Shown: piece after piece, positions 27,675-40,426 of the stretch | How positions within the stretch are numbered: position 1 is the first letter of the stretch | Layout of the letters: each line of letters starts with the position of its first letter | Source: Octopus vulgaris | Lineage: Eukaryota | Direction: 5' to 3' | DNA: 64,000 nucleotides | Assembly (NCBI GenBank): GCA_951406725.2 | Contig: OX597815.1 | Span: forward strand, 33,046,001 to 33,110,000 | The notes under the pieces: model-generated | The model's input: the letters and a program-made list of their open reading frames with translations, nothing else | What the model was told of the DNA's origin: nothing | Database searches by the model: none | Translations under genes and position numbers: made by a program

Positions 27675-29277
27675 TATTAAAGACAGTTCATGGATTTACC
27701 AAAGAAATAGAAATGAAATTTGGATTAGAAAAATGCGCCAAAGTAACCCTGAAAAGAGGAAAACTAGTTAAGAGTAGTAACATCACACTAGATAAAACCA
27801 ATGAAATAAAAGAATTAGACCAAAGCCAAACTTACAAATACTTAGGAATCCATGAACTAGATAAGACACAACACACACAAATGAAAGAGAAAATAAAAAA
27901 AGAATATTATAGACGAGTTAGATCAATACTAAAAACAGAGCTCAATGCTAAAAACAAGATAATAGGTATTAACACTTGAGCTGTCCCAGTTATAAGTTAC
28001 AGCTACAATATCCTTAACTGGACACTAAATGAACTGACCAGAATAGATAGGAAAACAAGAAAAATAATGACAGGGTCTAGGATGCATCACCCAAAATCTG
28101 ACTTAGAAAGACTATATATACAACGTATAGAAGGTGGTAGAGGCCTTATACAGTTGGAAAACTACTATAAAATAACCACCATAGGACTGCAAAAATATCT
28201 ACTTCAGAAGGAAGGAAAACTGATACAAATAGCGGCAAAACACGAGCAAAACAAAAAACTGTTTTCAGTATTTAAGGAAGCTGACAAATACAAGCAAGAA
28301 ATCATACCACCTAATAAATATGAAGAAGAAGAAGAAGAAAATGAAGAAACAACAAAAGCTATAAAACAAATGAAATCCAAACTAAAAACAGAACAGCAAC
28401 GAACCATGATAAAACGATGGCAAGAAAAGCCCCTTCATGGTAAATACTGCACTAAACTAAACGCAAAAGAAATAGACAAAGAAAAATCCCAGCAATGGTT
28501 GAGAAGCTCAGGACTCAAAGCAGAGACAGAGGGATTTTTAATTGCAGCACAAGACCAAAGCCAGAAATTACCAAAAACATGTAATGAAAAGAAATATAAC
28601 AAGTAACAGCAGAATATGTGGAGATGGACAAGAAACAATAAATCATATTATCTCTGGCTGCCCAGTCCTAGCTAAGAAGGAATATATTCACAGACATGAC
28701 AAAGTTGGAACCTACATACACTGGAAGCTATGCCAACATTATGGAATAACAACAGAAAAAAGATGGTATAGGCACACACCAGAAAAGGTCACAGAAAACG
28801 AGAAAGCAACCATACTCTGGGATATGCCGATACACACAGATAGAGAAATTAAGGCCAACAGACCAGATATAGTTGTCAGAGATCATGAAGAAAAAAAATG
28901 CTTTCTAATTGATGTATCAATACCGGCAGATGACAACGTGTCTCTAAAAGAAATGGAGAAACTTTCAAAATACAAAGACCTGGAAATAGAGGTAACCAGA
29001 ATGTGGAATCTAAAAACAGAAACAATTCCTATCATAGTAGGTGCATTAGGCATGATAAAAAAATATTCAGACAAATACATAACAAAAACACCAGGACTTA
29101 CAAACACATATAACATACAGAAAATTGCACTACTAGGCACCGCACACATCCTACGCAGAACACTTTCCATACAATAACCATCAGAGCATCACAACAAATC
29201 ACAGCACATACTTAAGGCACACAGAGCTGCGCTCGGTAGTGAAGTGAAAGCACGCTATAAAAATAAAACTACTGAAT
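27675..29277 (+). mobile_element. R4/Dong-type non-LTR retrotransposon, 5'-truncated (RT C-terminus, CCHC knuckle, restriction-like endonuclease)
   Basis: FGLEKCAK, YKYLG, RLYIQRIEGGRGL, ICGDGQETINHIISGC, RHD, NRPDIVV, IDVSIP, KLSKYKDL, IIVGALG. One stop and one frameshift. (AAT)n on both sides. Confidence 0.92.
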
Positions 29278-29278
29278 G

Positions 29279-29349
<71 letters not shown>

Positions 29350-29359
29350 TTAAAAAAAA

Positions 29360-31204
29360 ACTTAATACCGCTCTCAAAATTGCTCAATGATGCACAGTAC
29401 GGTTATAAAATGTTTGATAAAAATATAAATCATCTCATTTACATAGATGATTTAAAGCTCCTTGCAAAAAATGACCAACAACTCAAGGGCTTACTAGCGA
29501 TTGTTAAACAATTTAGTGATGACATCAGAATGTAATTTGGCCTCGATAAATGTGCAAAGGCTACCTTTATCAAGGGGAAAATGACAGAAACATCTAACGT
29601 TAACTTTGACCAGCAGAATGTCATAAAAGAGTTAGACCCAGAAGAGAGCTACAAATACCTAGGGGTAATTGAAGGGGGCGGAATAAGGCAATCAGTAATG
29701 AAGGAAAGGATCAGGAGCGAATGCTATCGCAGAGTAAGAGCAATACTCAAAAGAGAGCTGAATGCGAGAAACAGGATCGAAGCGATCAATGCTTTAGCCA
29801 TACCAGTCGTGACTTACAGTTTCAATATCGTTAACTGGTCAATTACTGAAATATGTAATTTTGACAGAAAAATACGAAACCTGTTGACAATGCATAGAAT
29901 GCACCACCCTACGGCAGATATAGAACGACTTTATCTGCCAAGAAAAGAGGAGGCCGTGGACTTTTACAACTGGCAATAACAATGAAGATTGCTACAATTG
30001 GCCTAGATACCTACCTGAAAAACTCTGAGGACTGGATGTTAAATCTTGTCTCAAAACATGAAAACAAGAAAGCATCATACTCAGTAACAAAACAGGCAAA
30101 GGAATATCTAAGTGAATTCCAAATACAACAATTAGACATACGGAATTAGACATACGAGAAACTAGCGAAGAAAAAACTAAGTGCATGAAAACCCGTGCAA
30201 AAACTGCTGCCTTACATATTCTGAATAATAAATGGCAAGAAAAACCTCTCAATAGCAAATACCCAAAGAGAGCGAATAATGCCGATGTTGACAAGGTCCT
30301 AACCCATCAATGGCTAATGGCCTCTGGCTTAAAATCTGAAACAGAAGGGTTTATCATAGCAGCTCAAGATCAATGCCTACCTACAAGGAACTACCAGACC
30401 AACATATTAAAGAACGGCAGTAGCCCAACATGTCGTGTATGTCAACAACAAAATGAAACCATTGATCATGTTGTCTCCAAGTGCAGTCTTCTTGCGCCTA
30501 CAGAGCATCTCAACAGGCATGATAGAGCTGCAAATATATTCACTGGGTAATTTGAAAAAACCTGGACTTGCCCCATGAAAAAAAACTGGTGGAAACACAA
30601 ACCACCCCCAGTGCTTGAAAATGACAACATCTCACTCCTCTGGAACTTCATTACTGATTGCCTTATTCCGCCCCCTTCAAACTGACAGAAAGATAGATGC
30701 AAATAGGCCAGATATCATATTGAAAGACTTCAGACAAAGAACATGCCTCCTCATTGATATGACTGTCCCAATCGATATAAACGTATCTGTCAAGACCTAC
30801 CAAAAACTGAGCAAATATAAAGACCTTGAAATAGAAATCAGCAAAATGTGGAACCTGAAGACTAAAACAATACCTGTTGTCATAGGTGCCCTGGGAATGA
30901 TAGCAAAAGGGGCTGATTGCTACCTAACTCAGATACCAGAAAACCCCAAAATTCAAAAGATAGTGCTCATGGGAACTGCTCATATCCTACGCAAAATACT
31001 TTGTATGTAATCTCAAGTTTTAAAACAAACATAATTTTTGTATGGTTTTTTAGACACTCACTAGTTCAACACTAAGCACAAAACCAAATATATGGCACAC
31101 TAGGCATAACACCAACATGAACTTCCAACTTGTTGTCTCTTGAGGTCTCTGGGTGAGACTTGGAGCCAACTTGTACAAATGTAAAGCAAAAAATCAAACA
31201 TAGA
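29360..31204 (+). mobile_element. R4/Dong-type non-LTR retrotransposon of a second family, 5'-truncated, frameshifted
   Basis: HLIYIDDLKL (RT), YKYLG, CRVCQQQNETIDHVVSKC, RHD, NRPDII, KLSKYKDL, VVIGALG. Flanked by (AAT)n and (AAT/AGT)n. Confidence 0.92.
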
Positions 31205-31235
31205 ATAATAATAATAATAATAATAGTAGTAGTAA

Positions 31236-31306
<71 letters not shown>

Positions 31307-31349
31307 ATAATAATAATAATAATTTTAATAATAATAATAATAATAATCA

Positions 31350-31812
31350 TACAGCTGCAAATGATCAAGCATTAAGGACTAATTTGATAAAAGTCAAGAT
31401 AGACAAAAACTAAGTAGATTCCCAATGTGGGTTATGCAAATCAAAAGAGGAAAGCCTTACTCAAATAGATAATTGACTTTACGATCCCAAATGATGAAAA
31501 AAAATCAATATGAGAAGTATAGAAAAATAGCAAAGTACCAGGACCTAGCCATTACAGAGACTATGGAAAGTGCGGGTAAAATGCATAGCAGTAGATATAG
31601 GTGCATTAGGGACTATCGCTAAAGATTTGAACAGATGGTTAGAGGAAATAGGCATAAAAGCCAGTTTAGTACAGCTCCAGAAAAGAGTGTTATTAGGGAC
31701 AGCTAGGATACTTAGGAGGGTTCTTGGCATCTAAGGTTATTTATTGTAGCCCGATGTTAGTATTTTTTTCTTTTCCAACAGTCTTACATGTTATGTGTAT
31801 ACGAAAATAATA
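31350..31812 (+). mobile_element. R4/Dong-type 3' fragment, internally deleted
   Basis: CGLCKSKEESL, KYQDLA, IGALGTI, LQKRVLLGTARILRRVL. Ends in aataataataa. Confidence 0.75.
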
Positions 31813-31877
31813 ATAAATACCTCACAACACAAGTATAAAAATTTAATCATGCGGAACAGGAATGTGATTCATATACT

Positions 31878-32150
31878 CATCATCATCGCTTAACGTCCGT
31901 TTTCCATGCTAGCATGGATTGGACGGTTCGACCGAGGTCTGGGAAGCCAGGAGGCTGCACCAGGCTCCAGTCTGATCTGGCAGTGTTTCTACAGCTGGAT
32001 GCCCTTCCTAACGCCAACTACTCTGTGAGTGTAGTGGGTGCTTTTTACGTGCCACCAGCACATGTGCCAGGGGAGGCTGGCAACGGCCAGGATCGGATGG
32101 TGCTATTTACGTGCCACCGGCACGGAAGCCAATCAAGGCGGCGCTGGCAC
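31878..32150 (-). mobile_element. SINE or RTE-derived repeat with (GAT)n tail
   Basis: catcatcatcg-aacgtccgttttccatgc tail and ggatgcccttcctaacgccaac motif; GC-rich relative to flanks. Confidence 0.55.
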
Positions 32151-33983
32151 GGATATTACAACTACAATTTCCATTTGATTTTTATTTTGATGTTGTTGAT
32201 ATACTTGACTCAATAGGTCTCCTCAAGCACAGCAGGTCGTCTTACGATCCAAGGTAAGCACAGCAGGCCGTCCTGTGATCCAAGGTACTTTGGATGGGCT
32301 GGGACTTCTATGTGAATCTGGTGCAGGAAACAGCCATGAACTCACGTTATTTGTCGGATCTTAATTCATTTCTACAGTAATCACTTCAAAGGAAAATGTA
32401 AAAGTAATAATTTAATGGTTTCAGAAGAATGTGTATTAAATCAATGTCTGAGAATATACATAACCAGAGTAACTGGTTTGACAATGAGATCCTTTGTTAC
32501 TCATCGTGAGATGAGATAATATGAAAACACTTTACCATTACCTTATCTCAACCTGCATTAGGGTAATGGAATTTTATGTAAATATGCTACACTTCACTAA
32601 TAACTAGGGCTTTATATATAGATATAGTCTTTATGCTACTCTTCACTTATAATATAGTTTTGTTTACTTAAAATTCAGAAAAAACATTCAGTAAACGAAG
32701 TAACCATAAACTAATGCTAACCTATTATTCAACATTAGATATTTAAAACTTGCAATTCACATCAAACAAAGAATATGTCTACAGCTTAAAAATGAAGCCA
32801 ACTCTTTCGAAGGTTTTTTTTTTTTTTGAGGTTTTCTTTCTGTATTTTAATGAATAAATTTACTGCATTAGACTAAAGATTTTGATTACGTCTTCAATTT
32901 TGTCCCTTAATCAATGTTTACAGCTTCATATTCAATCAGAATGTAACAAACTTAATGATATTGTAGAAGTTAATTTCACACAACTCACTGACGCAGCAAA
33001 TCTACTTTAAAACTTATTTTCAGCCTGGACCAACAAAGTAATTGGCTTTAACACTGGCATCTTTAATTTTTTTTCTTCGTTTCAAGACTGTGAAAAGTAT
33101 TACTAACAAATTACTTCATGTAATGCAATGATAAACTCTAATGGAGAATTTGAACTGGTCTTTAGGAAAAAACAAGATTTAAAAAGAAAAAAAAAGCATA
33201 AAAGTCGCATTTAATATTAATGAAAAACAAAATTTAATATTATTCAATCAAACATCATCATCAATAATGAAAATATGTAAACATGCCAAAATGATCTTTT
33301 ACATTTGCTTCCACAATAATTCACTACCCGTTTTTTTTATATATATATTTGACAAAATGAACATTTTGCGTACATTGTACGAAAGCGCAGACTGAGGTGA
33401 GGAATTCTTGCCTTCCTCAAGAAAAGAGAAATATATACAATGAGGAATCTGAATTGGCTTGAAAAGTTTTTTCCCAAGAATATTACTTTCAAAGTAGTTT
33501 ACGACATTGTAATGATACTCAAGAAATATATAAATTACTGAAGTTTTGCGAGGGTTATAAAACAATTATGGAATCAAAAGCAAAAGAGGAATAATGGAAA
33601 TGCATTGAATATTGTCCTTTTCCCTTAATTCATAAAAAATTTAATAACCGATTTATAAAGGTTCCAGTTGACTACGCACAAAGTTTTGAACCTTCAAGGC
33701 AACCGGGGGTGGATGTTGATAATGCTCATGCCTTTCCGAATTCCATTAACGACTCATTGCAATAGAAACTGAATTTGATTTGAAAAATAAATGGGAACAA
33801 TTACCTTATTGCAAAGGGCATAATCAATATCATTGAAGTGAAACACTTACAATCAGAGGTTGACACTGTCTTACAAATGTGTTCTGTCGAGAGTATACTC
33901 TTTGCTTAAGAGCACTCACATTGCAGCTGAATAATATTCATTCAACATTTTTGATATGTCTGATGTACTGTATAATATATATT

Positions 33984-34363
33984 TCTTTACTACCCACAAG
34001 GGGCTAAAAATAGAGGGGACAAACAAGGACAGACAAAGGGATTTAGTCGATTACATCGACCCAGTGCGAAACTGGTAGTTTATTTATCGACCCCGAGAGG
34101 ATGAAAGGCAAAGTCGACCTCGGCGGAATTTGAACTCAGAACGTAACGACAGACGAAATTTACCTATTTCTTTATTACCCACAAGGGGCTAAACACAGAG
34201 AGGACAAACAAGGACAGACATAGGTATTAAGTCGATTACATCGACCCCAGTGCGTAACTTGTACTTAATTTATCGACCCCGAAAGGATGAAAGGCAAAGT
34301 CGACCTCGGCGGAATTTGAACTCACAACGTAGCGCAGACGAAATACCGCTAAGCATTTCGCCC
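33984..34363 (-). mobile_element. Head-to-tail dimer of the Meta-like SINE
   Basis: Two consecutive copies matching 9593-9823. Flanking duplication tgtctgatgtactgtat near 33957 and 34377. Confidence 0.85.
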
Positions 34364-34937
34364 GTACATCAGACGTTGTCTGATGTACTGTATGATATAT
34401 TTAAGAGTTCTGTTTGTCAAAACACTTAATGCACAATTTCCAGCCCTCTTAGTGACAAGTATGTACCACAAAATAGTAAAAATCTTATTATCATGTTAAT
34501 TAGTATAACGTCGGATTAGTCCAAATGAACTCGTAAGAGAAAAAAGATCGACAATGGATAAGGTATTGGGCTAGTATTCCTTTCCTGAAAAACCTGCAGA
34601 ACTACAAGAAGTTATTAGGTTAAGGGTGTATGTTGCTAGACGTTTAGCGAATCGGATTTGATATAAAACTTAATAAATTAAAAAAATATGCTTTCAGCGA
34701 GCAGATTCTGCTACTTATTTTTGATTCCCAGTCGTAGCAACTTCAACTTATTTCACTCACAACATTAACCCTCTTTGGAAAAGCATGAACACAACAATTC
34801 TTTGTTTCCCATCGTCTAATATTTCAGAAAATTTGGAGAAACTAAAAATAATTTACACTTGTGCAGCTTACTTGGAATACTATGAAAATATGCCATAAAA
34901 TTACATTAAAATTGTTGTATTATATAGGGGGAGATAG

Positions 34938-34988
<51 letters not shown>

Positions 34989-35009
34989 AAATATAAATCA
35001 GGAACAATA

Positions 35010-35067
35010 GCATATTTTTCTAAATGTCAAATCTGCCCATAGGTTGCGCCACTTCATTAAAAACAAC

Positions 35068-35127
<60 letters not shown>

Positions 35128-35177
35128 TGTTGTTTTTAATGCAAACCTATTGGCAGATTTGACATTTAGAAAAAATA

Positions 35178-35180
<3 letters not shown>
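35010..35180. repeat. Palindrome with roughly 60-bp arms centred on (TA)n
   Basis: gcatatttttctaaatgtcaaatctgcc..cattaaaaacaacactt-(TA)n-aagtgttgtttttaatg..ggcagatttgacatttagaaaaaatatgc. Confidence 0.9.
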
Positions 35181-35217
<37 letters not shown>

Positions 35218-35732
35218 GATAGAAAAACCGGTTATAGTAGCGACTTCCTAGGAGTATCTGAAGAAGGAATTTTATATTCCGAAATATATCAGATTATGGA
35301 TGATTAAATTACAACAGTTATTATAATCATCTATTGTTATTATAATGTATTGTGCCATTCAAAACACTATACAAACAATACACAACTTTTTCAAGCGAAC
35401 TACAATACTCTCCTATATATATAATTGTTATGTTTACATGTGTTTCTTTACAATTGTGCGTATACTTGGCGAAAAATGAATCATCAGTAAATAAATATTT
35501 GAGGAATTTGTCATTAGCATTTACCAATAGATATCCTTAATTATTAAATGTATCTATTAATAATTCTTAAAATCATATTTCATTCACAAAATATAATTTT
35601 AAATAAACAAATATTTACTTATTTTTCCTTCCTTTTTTTATCCATGTTATTAGTAGTTTATATTAGAACAAATGAAGTTTCACACATGTTTCTCTACACC
35701 TGTTATTATTTAGATCCTGAGTCAACCAAAGT

Positions 35733-35985
35733 TTATATATTGCTGCTGACCGTTCGAGATATCGGTTGGAATTCATTAGCAGCGGCATTTTGTGAAGCAT
35801 CCATTTTACTGTTGGAGCAAGTCACTTTAGGAAAAGATGTGTTAGAGCCACAAGAAAATTTCTGCATTGCTTCACGAACAGAGCTTATATCTGTATAGAA
35901 GGTAGACGTCCGCTGAGTTTGTCGTTTTGACATACAGTACTTCATTCTACCCATACCAACTCCATTTCTAATCCGTTTCATTTTC
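35733..35985 (-). CDS. Probable terminal coding exon (cytoplasmic tail) of the CCAP-receptor-like GPCR
   Basis: Acceptor attttatacaacag|G. Phase 2 matches the upstream exon (AG|G = Arg). Open to TAA at 35733-35735, giving a Ser/Thr-rich tail KMKRIRNG..RTVSSNI. Confidence 0.7.
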
Positions 35986-37311
35986 CTGTTGTATAAAATA
36001 AAAAGAATAGATATATAATACACCGATTTTGATTTTATAGAAATGAAATAAAATTGTAGTTTTTTGAGAAAGAAACATGGCAAAGACTTGATTTTGTAGA
36101 TTAAGTTATTGATAGTGTTTTAGCCGGTGTAACTAGATCAATAGTAACGAAGACATAAACCAAAAAAGACTAAAAAGCAACAACAATACAATTTCAAATT
36201 CTAGTATCAAAGAAGCCTATAGCTAAGGTAGAATAATAGTAAAGATATATTATTCGAGAATTGTTGCGTATTTAACCAGAGATAATTGTGAATAGCAAAA
36301 TCCACAAGTCAAGCAGTGCTCTGAAGGAACAATGATGCTGACTGGTAGATTTTAGTAGCTTAGTCGATCTAGTTCTGTGAACTGCCGAGTTGAATGGTTC
36401 ACTACATCAAATGAGTACATGAGTGCTATAAAGCAACGAAACAACATATATTTTCTGAATGTTTGTGATTTGCACTGTAGAGTTCAACTCTTCCTGCAAG
36501 TGAATCATTAATAATGTTATAAATTAGATAATGTAAAATTAACATTTTTTTTTGATTTGGTACAATTCTAAGCCTATATTTGCAGGACAATGGTTGTGAG
36601 GTTAAGAAATTCATTTCGTAACTCCGTAGTTTCTGGATCGATCCAACCACACGGCATCTTAGGCAAGTATCTTATTCCATAGCTTCAGATCGTGCAAAAC
36701 TTTGGAGAGAAATTTGCGGAAAGAGTCTTGCACCCCTATCAGAGGTACAGTTCCTTTTCTTCGTTCATACACTACCAGCTACTTAGTCCTCGAGGATCTT
36801 TAATGGACTCTGTTCTGTAGGAAATGCAATCGGGTCAGAAACCTGGTCCTAGGACAAACTTTGTCTCTTCCTTCTGCTAGTTTAGATGGCTCTGAAAAGG
36901 ATCATTACTGGTATTCTTCCTCCTATATCTAAGTCATTAAATAAACTGAGAAACTGATCCGTTCGAATTAGTCGCTAAGTGAGGGGGACAAGCTTCAAGT
37001 ATGTATAAATAGACCACTGACTCACCAGCATCTTGCGTTTTAATGTACGCACTTAACGCCAAATATTAAATGGAAAGAAGATCAACGTTGTAAGGAGAAT
37101 GATATAGTCGTTTGAATAGCTCTTACGTCATTTATAGGTATTTATCGACAACTAAAGAAGTAGAAAAGTCGAACACTACAGAACATTCACTCCTATCATA
37201 CTTAATTCTTAAACGGATTAAAGTCCGATACTCTATCATTCGTGCCGAATTCAAATATACAACTGGTAGCACTTAAGATATATTTTTAGATAATAACATA
37301 GCAGAATTTAC

Positions 37312-37483
37312 CTCAGGCTCTTACAAATTCGTGTTGTAAAAATCCCATATATAATAGGATTTGCTGCACTGTTTAGCGGCGCTAAACTTTGTACGAATGT
37401 AGCAACAGCGACATTTTCTTCCAGTAGGTCGTATACTTGCAATAAGTCGTAGATCATGTAGGGGCTCCAACACAGAATGAAAA
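37312..37483 (-). CDS. CCAPR: Exon encoding TM6-TM7 of a rhodopsin-family neuropeptide GPCR, CCAP / neuropeptide S receptor type
   Basis: [36 protein letters not shown] matches the CCAP-receptor signature ([22 protein letters not shown]). Acceptor ttttctttttag, donor gtaaat, 172 nt. Confidence 0.9.
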
Positions 37484-38399
37484 CTAAAAAGAAAAACAAG
37501 AAAAAATAGATCACATAAGCAACATGTATTTTTCGATACATTCTGATTTGTTTTTGTGCAATGGATAATAGTGATATATAAGTTGGTTAATCGTTCCTCA
37601 GTTTCTACTAGGATTTAATTTATCATATGGAAACAAATGGACAAAATTAAATCACAGTTATTAAGCAGCGAACTAGATAGCGGAAAAACAATTCTTTACC
37701 TCCATATATATATGCTATCAGTAATTAATCAGGGTAGGCAGTTGCTGACTTTCATGTAATAAAACACATAAGAAATAAGCGAAACACACACGCGACTGAG
37801 TTGAAAACAGATTTACTTCTACCTTTATAACACATAAAAAAAAAACGATGTTATAGGAGTGTACACAGCACGGGTACTAGGACAGTACTATGCGTAGCTT
37901 AAATACTGAGATTGAAAAACGGACGAATTATACCTACCTAATCTACAAAAAAAAATATTTTGTATTTTATGCATAGAAATTAGAGTAACCTCATAATTTT
38001 TTTGAATTAGGCACATATTTTGCCATAAAAGGAAAATGTTGCTACCGATCTATTTTATTCAAGGTAGGCACTGGCTACTTTGCCAACCTAGGCGCATGCC
38101 CCTGATATATATGCTTATATAGGATCAAGGAACCTTCCTGAACCATAGGCCCATAAGCCCGGTTCCCCGGATTCTATAGCGAGTGTAATCTCTCACCTCC
38201 TGGAAGGAACACCGGTCAGTCGTAGGATTACTCTTTTTTGCCAGCTGAGTTGACTGGAACATCGCGAAATGGGGTGTTTTGTTCAAGAAGACAAGGGGCC
38301 GTCGGTTCAGAAAGCGAAACCAAAATCCTATGATAAGTGAAACACTCTAATCATTAATCCATAAGCCGCTAGACTCACACGCGCACACACATACACACC

Positions 38400-39014
38400 C
38401 ATTGAAGCAACTGTGCGGATGAACAAATTAGACATATCAAATATATTAAATATGATAAATACATCAAATGCAAAATATGTATACATGTATACATGCAAAA
38501 CGAGGTGGTAACATTTAGATGATGGATTTTTTTGTATAAATATATAGGAATTTATATTAATGGGTTCAACTTACACAGAGTACAAACGACAGGGAGAAAT
38601 CAAAGGGGTGGGAGGAATGTGTTATAAGTTCGACAGCTGTTTCTGGGGGTTCAGTGATCGATAATAATGGATTATCCAATGTTAATTGCATCCATACAGC
38701 CTAATATCGTGATGAACTAAATCTACCAACATTATTATGGATCACCGAGCCCCCAGAAACAACTATTGGACTTATAATACCTTTCACCCACCCCTTTAAT
38801 TTTCTCTGTCGTTTGTATGCTATGTAAGTTGGACCTATTAATATAAATATCGATATATTTACACATGAAAATTTATCATCTGAAAGTTTCCATCATTCGC
38901 TTTCTCTAGTTTTGTTTGTATACATGTATCCATATTTTGCATTTGATGCATTCAATATATTTAATATATTTAATGTGTCTAATTTGTTTATCTGCATAAT
39001 TGCCTCTATACCCG
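38400..39014. mobile_element. Foldback/MITE-like element, a diverged palindrome of about 600 bp
   Basis: Nested reverse-complement blocks: aacaaattagaca / tgtctaatttgtt, catcaaatgcaaaatatg / catattttgcatttgatg, tgtttctggggg / cccccagaaaca. Confidence 0.8.
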
Positions 39015-39157
39015 CTCAACATGATCCCTCTTATAGCATTTCTTTACCTTGCAGAATGATCTCCTCTAAAGGCATCCGAGACTAAGTGTTAATCTTTTGA
39101 GTTCTGCTAAGTGTCTTCTATACGGAGAATCTCTGGATCTCATTTGTGAACTATATA

Positions 39158-39414
39158 TCTCTATATAAAACTGAGAATGTGCGTCTGTCTGTCTGTTTCC
39201 CTAAAATTTGAAAACTACACAACCAATTTCATTCAAATTTTACACATGCCTTACTTAGGGTCCATGTAGTGTCATGGGCAAAAAGAAAATGTTTAACTTC
39301 TTGCCTAGAGCGAGCCCACAGCAATATCATATCTTCTCCACTATTTCAGTATTACGTGTTAAAAGTAAAACAAAAACATCTCTCTATTGTATGTATATGG
39401 ATGTGTATACATGT

Positions 39415-39466
<52 letters not shown>

Positions 39467-40426
39467 CAAAATATAAAGTTATATCTTGAGATCGTTAGTG
39501 ACAACAACGCTCAAAATATATAACAGACTGGAATTGTAGTGCTCAAATGACCTGTATACACTTTTTAATCCGAGGGGAGGCAATGCGAACAGCAACTACA
39601 AGAGCACTTCAAAATCCACAGAATGATCAAACACATACATATATTCATATATTCAGACATAAAGCCTGACGTTTAGAAATATATAGTAATATATAAATAT
39701 ATAAACATCATATAAAAATATATTGTACGCATAAGATCCGCTCGACGTTCCATAAGAAATTTAGAAATAAAAATTGCAATACAAGTTAGAGGTAATAATA
39801 ACAATTGAATCAAATATAGTAAATATAGTAAGTAGTAATTAAAATAAAACTTAAGTATGGTAATTAAATCGTAATATAACAATTAAAAGAAAAAATAGCA
39901 ATTAGTATAAAATGTATCAAGGACTTGAACTCGAATATGTGGCTTTGCATGAATGGGAGAAATTAAAAGATGAAAAATTTAATTGAGTGCAGAAGTGAAT
40001 TAGTCCAGATGGAGCTGTGCGCATACCATTTACTATAGCTGCTAAGTTGAAGTATATGCTTATAAAGTAGCATTCAGTATCTATGAGAATTTTGGGGAGT
40101 ACGTAATGCCTGGTCTTTCTCATGTAGCAGGTATGTAATTGTGCATTTGTTTCCGTGTACTATGTGTTGTGTGTGAAAAACATCCTGACGAGGGGAGTGT
40201 CAATTTTAAATATATGATATGTTTCTTATTAATTGTTGCATCTCCGAAATGATGAACTTTTATGTATTTTTGTAAAGTTTTATATTTATCTTCTATGCAT
40301 TTTTCTCTGGATTTATAATTCGTCTTTTTAATATGTCATTGTATGCTTTATTACCCTAAATTTTTAATTTAACAAATTTATACCAAACTAGCACTATGAC
40401 CCGGCAACGCCGGGTCATAATGCTAG
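39158..40426 (+). mobile_element. Non-autonomous Helitron-like element with internal insertions
   Basis: 5' TC..tatataaaa-(gtct)n..ccaatttcattcaaattttacac. 3' hairpin gacccggc-aac-gccgggtc followed by CTAG|T at 40423-40427. That the two ends belong to one element is inferred. Confidence 0.6.
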
